Source: the human T2T-CHM13v2.0 reference genome, Homo sapiens. From it: a stretch of 64,000 nucleotides of DNA. The stretch lies in the NCBI RefSeq assembly GCF_009914755.1, contig NC_060945.1. One strand, 5' to 3'. Shown in pieces: positions 55,201 through 64,000 of this stretch. Within the stretch, counting starts at the first letter, position 1, and the number at the start of each line of letters is the position of its first letter. The position numbers were made by a program, and so were the translations under genes. The notes beneath the pieces are model-generated. The model saw nothing but the letters and a program-made list of their open reading frames with translations, had not been told where the DNA came from and ran no database searches.

Positions 55201-58200
55201 ATGGAATTGAATGGCATGGAATGAACCCGAATGGAATGGAATGGAATGGAATGGAATGGAATGGAATGGAATAGAATCAACACGAGTGGAATGGAATGTA
55301 ATGGAATGGAGTGGAATGGAATGGAATTGAGTGGAATGGAATGGAATGGAATGGAATGGAATGGATTGGAATAGAATCAACCTGAATGGAATGTAATGGA
55401 ATGGAATGGCATGGAATCAACCCGAGAGGAAAGGAATGGAATGGAATTCAATGGAATGGAATGGAATGGAATAGTATGAAATCAACCCGAGTGGAATATT
55501 ATCGAATGGAATGGAATGGAACGGAATGGGTTGGAATAAAATGTAATGGAATGGAATGGAATCAACCGGAGTGGAATGGAATTATATGGAGTGGAATGGT
55601 ATATGATGGAATGGAATGGAATTAAATGGAAAGGAATGGAATGGAATCAACACGAGTGGAAGGGAATGCAATGTAATGGAATGGAATCAACCCGAGTGGA
55701 ATGGAATGGAATGGAATGGAATGCAATGGAATGAAACGGAATATAATGGAATGGAATGGAAACATCCCGAGTGGAATGGAATGGTATGGAAGGCAATGAA
55801 ACGAAATGGAACAGAACGGAATGGAATGGAAAGGAATAGATTGAATCAGAGAGGAATTGAATGGAGAGGAATGGATTGGAATGGAATGCAATGGATTCAA
55901 CCCTAGTTGAATGTCATGGATTGGAAAGGAATGCAATGGAATGGAATGGAATGGAGTGGAATGGAATGGAGTGCAATCAACACGAATGGAATGGAACGGA
56001 ATGGAATGAAATGGAATGGAATAGGAAACAACGCGAATAGAATGGAACGGAATGGAATGGAATGCTGTGGAATGGAATGAAATGGAATGAAATAAACAGG
56101 AATAGAATGGAACGGAATGGAATGGAATGGAATGGAATGGAATGGAATGGAATGGAATGGAATGGAATGGAGTGAAATGGAAAGGAACGGAATGGAATTA
56201 ACACAAGTGGAATTGAATGGAATGGAAAGGAATCAACCCGAGTGGAATAAAATGGAATGTAATGAAATGGAATGGAGCGGAATCAACCTGAGTGGAATGG
56301 AATGGAATGGAATGGAATGGAATGGAATGGAATGGAATGCAATGGAATGGAATGGAATCAACCCGAATGGAATGGAACGGAATGGAATGGAATGGAATGG
56401 AATGGAATGGAATGCAATGGAATGGAATGGAATGGAATCAACCCGAATGGAATGGAATGGAAAGGAATGGAAAGGAATGGAATGGAATGGAATAGAATGG
56501 AATGGAATCATCCCGAGTGGAATGGAATGGTATGGAATGCAATGGAATGGAATGGAACAGAATGGAAAGGATTGGAATGGAATAGATTGAATCCGAGAGG
56601 AATTGACTGGAGTGGAATGGATTGGAATGGAATGCAAGGGATTCAACCCAATTGAATGTCATGGATTGGAAAGGAGTAGAATGGAATGGAATGGAAAGGA
56701 GTGGAATGGAATGGAATGGAATCAACACGAATGGAATGTAACAGAATGGAATGGAATGGAATGGAATGGAAACAATACGAATGGAATGGAAGGGAATGGA
56801 ATGGAATTAAATGCTGTGGAATGGAATGGAATGGAATGAAATAAACACGAATAGAATGGAACGGAATGGAATGGAAAGGAATGGAATGGAATGAAATGGA
56901 AAGAAACGGAATGGAATTAACCCGACTGGAACGGAATGGAATGGAAAGGAATCAATCCGAGTGGAATGAAATGGAATATAATGCAATGGAATGGAGCGGA
57001 AACAACCTGAGTCGAATGCAATGGAATGGAATGGAAAGGAGTGGAATGGAATGGAATGGAATGGAATGGAATGGAATGGAATCGAATGGAATGCTATGGA
57101 ATCAAACCGAGTGGAATGGAATGGAATGGAATGGAGTGGAATGGAATGGAATTGAATGGAGTGGAATGGAATGGAATGGAATGGAATAGAATGGAATGGA
57201 TTGGAATGGAATGCAATGGATTGGAATAGAATGGAGTGGAATCAACACGAATGTAATGGAATGGAATGGAACGGAATTGAATGGAATGGAATGGAAAAAA
57301 CACGAATAGAATGGAACGGAATGGAATGGAATGCTGTGGAATGGAATGGAATGGAATGAAAGAAACACAAATAGAATGGAACGGAATGGAATGGAATGGA
57401 ATGGAATGGAATGGAATGGAATGGAGTGAAAAGGAAAGGAATGGAATGGAATTAACCCAAGTGGAATTGAATGGAATGGAAAGGAATCAACCCGAGTGGA
57501 ATGAAATGGAATGTAATGCAATGGAATGGAGCGGAATCAACCTGAGAGGAATGGAATGGAATGGAATGGAATGGAATGGAATGGAATGGAATGGAATGGA
57601 ATGCAATGGAATGGAATGGAATGGAATCAACCCGAATGGAATGGAAAGGAATGGAATGGAAAGGAATTGAATGCAATGGAATGGAAAGGAATGGAATAGA
57701 ATGGAATCAACCAGAATGGAATGGAATGGAATGGAATGGAATGGAACGGAATGGAATCATCCCGAGTGGAATGGAATGGTATGGAATGCAATGGAATGGA
57801 ATGGAACAGAATGGAAAGGAATGGAATGGAATAGATTGAATCCGAGAGGAATTGACTGGAGTGGAATGGATTGGAATGGAATGCAAGTGATTCAACCCAG
57901 TTGAATGTCATGGATTGGAAAGGAGTGGAATGGAATGGAATGGAATGGAAAGGAGTGGAATGGAATGGAATGAAATCAATACGAATGGAATGGAACGGAA
58001 TGGAATGGAATGGAATGGAATGGAATGGAAAAAACACGAAAGGAATGGAAAGGAACGGAATGGAAAGGAATGGAATGGAATGGAATGGAATGGAATGGAA
58101 TGGAATGGAATGGAAACAACACGAATGGAATGGAAAGGAACGGAATGGAATAGAATGCTGTGGAATGGAATGGAATGGAATGGAAAGAAATGGAATGGAA

Positions 58201-60320
58201 TGGACCGGAATGGAATCCAATGGAATGAAGTGGAATGGAATAGCATAGAATGGAATGGAATAGAATGGAATCAACCAGAACGGATTGGAATGGAATGGAA
58301 TGGAATGGAATGGAATGGAATGGAATGGAATGCTATCGAATCAAGCCGAGTGTAATGGTAATGAATGGAATGGAATGGAATGGAATGGAATGGAATGAAA
58401 TGGAATCAACCCAAGTGCAATGGAATGGAATAGAATGCAACGGAATCAACCCGAGTGGAATGGAATAGAAAGGCATGCAAAGGAATCGAATGGAAAGCAA
58501 TGGAATGGGATCACCTCGACTGGAATGGAATGGAATGGAAAGGAATGAAGGGAATGGAATGGAATGGAAAGGTATGGAATCAATCCGAGTCGAATGGAAT
58601 GGAATGGAATGGAATGGAGTGGAATGGAACGGAATGGAATTGAATGGCATGGAATGAACCCGAATGGAATGGAATGGAATGGAATGGAATGGAATAGAAA
58701 CAACTAGAGTGCAATGGAATGTAATGGAATGGAGTGTAATGGAATGGAATGGAATGGAATGGAATGGAATGGAATGGAATCAACCCGAATGGAATGGAAT
58801 AGAATGGAATGGAATGGAATGGAATTGAATCAACCTGAATGGAATGGAACGGAATGGAACGGAAAGGAATGGAATGGAATGGAATGGAATAGAATGGAAT
58901 CAACCAGAATGGGATGGAATGGAACGGAATGGAATGGAATGGAATGTGATCCTATTGAATCAACCCGAGTGTAATGAAAATGAATGGAATGGAATGAAAT
59001 GGATTGGAATGGAATGGAATGGAATCAACCCGAGTGGAATGGAATGGAATGGAATGGAGTGCAATGGAATGGAATTGAATGGAGTGGAATGGAATGGAAT
59101 GGAATGGAATGGAATGGAAACAACACGAATAGAATGGAACGGAATGGAATGGAATGCTGTGGAATGGAATGGAATGGAATGAAATAAACACGAATAGAAT
59201 GGAACGGAATGGAATGGAATGGAATGGAATGGAATGGAATGGAATGGAAAGGAATCAGCCAGAATGGAATGGAATGGAATGGTATGGAATCAACCCAAGT
59301 GGAATGGAAAGGAATGGAATGCAATGGAATGAAACGGAATATAATGGAATGGAATGGACCATCCCGAGTGGAATGGAATGGTATGGAATGCAATGGAACG
59401 GAAGGGAACAGAACGGAATATAATGGAACGGAATAGATTGAATCAGACAGGAATTGAATGGAGAGGAATGGATTGGAATGGAATGAAATGGATTCAACCC
59501 TAGTTGAATGTCATGGATTGGAAAAGAATGGAATGGAATGGAATGGAATGGAATGGAATGGATTGGAATAGAATGGAGTGGAATCAACACGAATGTAATG
59601 GAATGGAATGGAATGGAAGGGAATTGAATGGAATGGAATGGAAACAACACGAATAGAATGGAACGGAATGGAATGGAATGCTGTGGAATGGAATGGAATG
59701 GAATGAAATAAACACAAATAGAATGGAATGGAATGGAATGGACTGTAATGGAAAGGAACGGACTGGAATTAACCCAAGTGTAATTGAATGGAATGGAAAG
59801 GAATCAACCCTAGTGGAATGAACTGGAATGTAATGCAATGGAATGGAGCAGAATCAACCTGAGGGGAATGGAATGGAATGGAATAGAATGGAATGGAATG
59901 GAATGGAATGGAATGGAATGCAATGCAATGGAATGGAATGGAATCAACCCGAATGGAATGGAAAGGTATGGAATGGAAAGGAATGGAATGGAATGGAATG
60001 GAAAGGAATGGAATGGAATGGAAGAGAATGGAATCAACCAGAATGGAATGGAATGGAATGGAATGGAATCATCCCGAGACGAATGGAATGGTATGGAATG
60101 CAATGGAATGGAATGGAACAGAAGGGAAAGGAATAGAATGGAATACATTGAATCCGAGAGGAATTGACTGGAGTGGAATGGATTGGAAAGGAATGCAAGG
60201 GATTCAACCCAGTTGAATGTCATGGATTGGAAATGAGTGGAATGGAATGGAATGGAATGGAAAGGAGTGGAATGGAATTGAATGGAATCAACACGAATGG
60301 AATGGAACGGAATGGAATGG
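46210..60320 (+). repeat. Domain IV: ~7.36 kb higher-order repeat, two near-complete copies (~46210-53530 and ~53530-60320)
   Basis: TATTATCGAGTGG ~46435/53811, CAATCCGCGTGG 46821/54197, CCTGAGTATAAAGG 47123/54499, GATCCTATTG ~51512/~58948. Paired pseudo-ORF offsets run 7341-7436 bp (46579/53955, 48911/56272, 51019/58455, 52472/59838). Confidence 0.88.
47020..47042 (+). other. (GGGAT)5 run: predicted G-quadruplex motif (five G3 tracts, 2-nt loops)
   Basis: GGGATGGGATGGGATGGGATGGG read directly; it fits G3N1-7G3N1-7G3N1-7G3. Folding is a prediction only. Confidence 0.7.
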
Positions 60321-60499
60321 AATGTAATGGAATGGAATGGAATGGAAACAACACGAATGGAATGGAACGGAACGGAATGGAATAGAATGCTGTGGAATGG
60401 AATGGAATGGAATGAAAAAAACACGAATAGAATGGAACGGAATGGAATGGAAAGGAATGGAATGGAATGGAATGGAATGGAATGAAAGAGAAAGGAACG

Positions 60500-63400
60500 G
60501 AATGGAATTAACCCGAGTGGAATGGAATGGAATGGAAAGGAATCAATCCGAGTGGAATGAAATGGAATGTAATGCAATGGAATGGAGCGGAATCAACCTG
60601 AGTCGAATGCAATGGAATGGAATGGAAAGGAGTGGAATGGAATGGAATGGAATGGAATGGAATGGAAAGAAATGGAATGGAATGGAACGGAATGGAATCC
60701 AATGGAATCAACTGGAATGGAATAGCGTAGAATGGAATGGAATGGAGTGGAATCAATCCACGTGGAATGCAATGGAATGCATGGAGTGGAATGGAATGCA
60801 ATGGAGTGGAATGGAATGGAATGGAATGCAGTGGAATTTAATGGAATGGGATCATCCCGAATGGAATGGAACGAAATGGAATGGAAGGGAATGAAATGGA
60901 ATCAACCCAAATGGGATGGAATGGAATGGAATGGAATGGAATGGAATGCAATGGAATGCTATGGAATCAACCTGAGTATAAAGGAAATGCATGGAATGGA
61001 ATGGAATGGAATGGAATGGAATGGAATCAACCGAAGTGCAATGGAATGGAATGGAATGCAACGGAATCAACCCGAGGGGAATGGAATGAAAAGGATTGGA
61101 ATGAAATGGAATGGAAAGGAATGGAATGGAATCAATCCGAATGGAATGGAATGGAATGGAAAGGAATGAATGGAATGGAATGGAATGGAGTGGAATGGTG
61201 TGGAATCAACTGGAGTGGAATGGAATGGACTGGAATGGAATAGAATGGAATGGAATGGAATGGAATGAATAGAATGGAATCAACTATAATGGAAAGGAAT
61301 GGAATGGAATGGAATGGAATGGAATGGAATGGAATGCTATTTAATCAACCTGAGGGTAATGGAAATGAATGGAATGGAATGGAATGGAATGGAATCAACC
61401 CAAGTGCAATGGAATGGAATAGAATGCAATGGAATCAACCCGAGTGGAATGGAATAGAAAGGCATGCAACGGAATGGAATGGAAAGCAATGGAATGGAAT
61501 CAACCCGAATGAAATGGAATGGAAAGGAATGAAGGGAATGGAATGGAATGGAAAGGTATGGAATCAACCCGAGTTCAATGGAATGGAATGGAATGGAATG
61601 GAATGGAATGGAGTGCAGTGGAAGACAATGCAATGGAATGTAATGGAATGGAATGGAATAGAACGGAATGGAATTGAATGGCATGGAATGAACCCGAATG
61701 GAATGGAATGGAATGGAATGGAATGGAATGGAATGGAATCAACACGAGTGGAATGGAATGTAATGGAATGGAGTGGAATGGAATGGAATTGAGTGGAATG
61801 GAATGGAATGGAATGGAATGGAATGGATTGGAATAGAATCAACCTGAATGGAATGTAATGGAATGGAATGGCATGGAATCAACCCGAGAAGAAAGGAATG
61901 GAATGGAATTCAATGGAATGGAATGGAATGGAATAGTATGGAATCAACCCGAGTGGAATATTATCGAATGGAATGGAATGGAATGGAATGGATTGGAATA
62001 AAATGTAATGGAATGGAATAGAATCAACCGGAGTGGAATGGAATTATATGGAGTGGAATGGTATATAATGGAATGGAATGGAATTAAATGGAAAGGAATG
62101 GAATGGAAACGTCCCGAGTGGAATGGAATGGTATGGAAGGCAATGGAACGAAATGGAACAGAACGGAATGGAATGGAAAGGAATAGATTGAATCAGAGAG
62201 GAATTGAATGGAGAGGAATGGATTGGAATGGAATGCAATGGATTCAACCCTAGTTGAATCTCATGGATTGGAAAGGAATGCAATGGAATGGAATGGAATG
62301 GAGTGGAATGGAATGGAGTGGAATCAACACGAATGGAATGGAACGGAATGGAATGAAATGGAATGGAATAGGAAACAACGCGAACAGAATGGAACGGAAT
62401 GGAATGGAATGCTGTGGAATGGAATGGAATGGAATGAAATAAACAGGAATAGAATGGAACGGAATGGAACAGAATGGAATGGAATGGAATGGAATGGAGT
62501 GAAATGGAAAGGAACGGAATGGAATTAACACAAGTGGAATTGAATGGAATGGAAAGGAATCAACCCGAGTGGAATGAAATGGAATGCAATGAAATGGTTT
62601 GGAGCGGAATCAACCTGAGTGGAATGGAATGGAATGGAATGGAATGGAATGGAATGGAATGGAATGGAATGCAATGGAATGGAATGGAATGGAATCAACC
62701 CGAATGCAATGGAACGGAATGGAACGGAATGGAATGGAATGGAATGGAATGGAATGCAAAGGAATGGAATGGAATGGATTCAACCCGAATGGAATGGAAT
62801 GGAAAGGAATGGAAAGGAATGGAATGGAATGGAATGGAATGGAATAGAATGGAATGGAATCATCCCGAGTGGAATGGAATGGTATGGAATGCAATGGAAT
62901 GGAATGGAACAGAACGGAAAGGATTGGAATGGAACAGATTGAATCCGAGAGGAATTGACTGGAGTGGAATGGATTGGAATGGAATGCAAGGGATTCAACC
63001 AAGTTGAATGTCATGGATTGGAAAGGAGTGGAATGAAATGGAATGGAAAGGAGTGGAATGGAATGGAATGGAATCAACACGAATGGAATGGAACGGAATG
63101 GAATGGAAACAATACTAATGGAATGGAAGGGAATGGAATGGAATTAAATGCTGTGGAATGGAATGGAATGGAATGAAATAAACACGAATAGAATGGAACG
63201 GAATGGAATGGAAAGGAATGGAATGGAATGAAATGGAAAGAAACGGAATGGAATTAACCCGACTGGAACGGAATGGAATGGAAAGGAATCAATCCGAGTG
63301 GAATGAAATGGAATATAATGCAATGGAATGGAGCAGAATCAACCTGAGTCGAATGCAATGGAATGGAATGGAAAGGAGTGGAATTGAATGGAATGGAATG

Positions 63401-64000
63401 GAATGGAATGGAATGGAATGGAATGGAATGCTATGGAATCAACCCGAGTGGAATGGAACGGAATGGAATGGAGTGGAATGGAATGGAATTGAATGGAGTG
63501 GAATGGAATGGAATGGAATGGAATGGAATGGAATGGAATGGATTGGAATAGAATGGAGTGGAATCAACACGAATGTAATGGAATGGAATGGAACGGAATT
63601 GAATGGAATGGAATGGAAACAACACGAATAGAATGGAACGGAATGGAATGGAATGCTGTGGAATGGAATGGAATGGAATGAAAGAAACACAAATAGAATG
63701 GAACGGAATGGAATGGAATGGAATGGAATGGAATGGAATGGAATGCTATGGAATCAACCCGAGTGTAATGGAAATGAAATGAATGGAATGGAATGGAATG
63801 GAATGGAATGGAATAGAATGGAATCAACCCAAGTGCAACGGAATGGAATAGAATGCTATGGAATCAACCCGAGCGGAATGGAATAGAAAGGCATGCAATG
63901 GAATGGAATGGAAAGCAATGGAATGGAATCAACCCGACTGGAATGGAAAGGAATGGAAAGTAATGAAGGGAATGGAATGGAATTGAAAGGTATGGAATCA
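60500..64000 (+). repeat. Domain IV third copy, more diverged and rearranged; runs off the window end
   Basis: CCTGAGTATAAAGG 60971, CAACTATAAT 61281, GAAGACAATGC 61621 and ATAGGAAACAACGCG ~62368 match 47.1-50.0 kb. From ~63743 the sequence matches 53051-~53310 instead. Confidence 0.8.

Larger units (their letters stand above)
1..64000 (+). repeat. Satellite III (HSat3) array, (GGAAT)n/(CATTC)n with interspersed CAACCCGA(G/A)T spacers; probably an HSat3B-type subfamily
   Basis: Seen: GGAAT pentamers from the first to the last base, all on the + strand, with in-phase CAACCCGAGT/CAACCCGAAT decamers and variants (CAACACGAAT, CAACCTGAGT, CAACCCAAGT, CATCCCGAGT). Established: (ATTCC)n interrupted by (A/T)CTCGGGTTG-type decamers is the classical satellite 3 signature, and the CATTCGATTC motif of HSat2 is not dominant here. 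Subfamily and chromosome cannot be assigned without a k-mer comparison. Confidence 0.97.

Noticed and set aside
16-63886. Hundreds of ORFs on both strands (MEWNG- and IPFHS-rich, up to 448 aa at 12733-14079)
   Set aside because: They follow directly from a stop-free pentamer read in any frame. They overlap in all six frames, are broken by 5-bp indels between paralogues, and have no recognisable domain. Database hits to similar 'proteins' would most likely be mis-annotated satellite or human contamination.
1-64000. CRISPR-like pattern (recurring CAACCCGAGT motif separated by variable-length sequence)
   Set aside because: The motif is only 10 bp, the intervening DNA is the same pentamer rather than unique spacers, spacing is irregular, and there are no cas genes or leader.
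1-64000. HSat2, alpha satellite, telomeric or SCA31-type repeat identity
   Set aside because: No dominant CATTCGATTC pattern, no 171-bp monomer or CENP-B box, no TTAGGG, and no (TAAAA)n/(TAGAA)n tracts or genic flanks.
1-64000. Canonical heat-shock elements (nGAAnnTTCnnGAAn)
   Set aside because: The nGAAn units are all head-to-tail. The few + strand TTC I checked (GAATTC, GGATTC, GAATCATTC) are not at the 2-nt spacing. I found no canonical inverted triplet by eye; a motif scan could still find one.
1-64000. Embedded mobile elements, unique islands or large inversions
   Set aside because: No Alu, L1, LTR, poly(A) tail or target-site duplication seen. Every stretch reduces to pentamer or spacer variants, and the strand never switches beyond the 7-8 bp cases reported.
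1-64000. A previously undescribed gene-encoded biological system
   Set aside because: Nothing in the sequence supports one. Any novelty is limited to satellite architecture and micro-structural variants. If this window came from a non-primate or microbial dataset, it should be treated as probable human/primate contamination.

Overview
The whole 64 kb window is one uninterrupted, single-orientation array of primate (human-type) classical satellite III (HSat3). It is (GGAAT)n on the + strand, with the diagnostic in-register 10-bp spacer CAACCCGA(G/A)T and its variants every ~40-150 bp. I see no genes, RNA genes, transposons, CRISPR arrays or unique sequence. All listed ORFs are poly(MEWNG)/poly(IPFHS) artefacts of the pentamer. 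I find no evidence of a new gene-encoded system. The real information is the repeat architecture, read from rare variant landmarks. Domain I (1-~24.5 kb) holds near-identical higher-order units of 9317, 4902 and 7409 bp plus a truncated fourth, followed by older diverged copies to ~27.4 kb. Domain II (~27.4-37.5 kb) is a rearranged dimer (4.5 + 5.6 kb). Domain III (~37.6-44.8 kb) is a clean 3.6 kb tandem dimer with nested 385/55/40-bp duplications. Domain IV (~46.2-64 kb) is a ~7.36 kb repeat with a rearranged third copy. Small-scale oddities are an 8-bp in-place micro-inversion making an 18-bp palindrome, a copy-private (GGGAT)5 G-quadruplex motif, and strongly one-directional drift of the 5-bp register. 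All alignments were made by eye, and breakpoints inside pure GGAAT runs are approximate.
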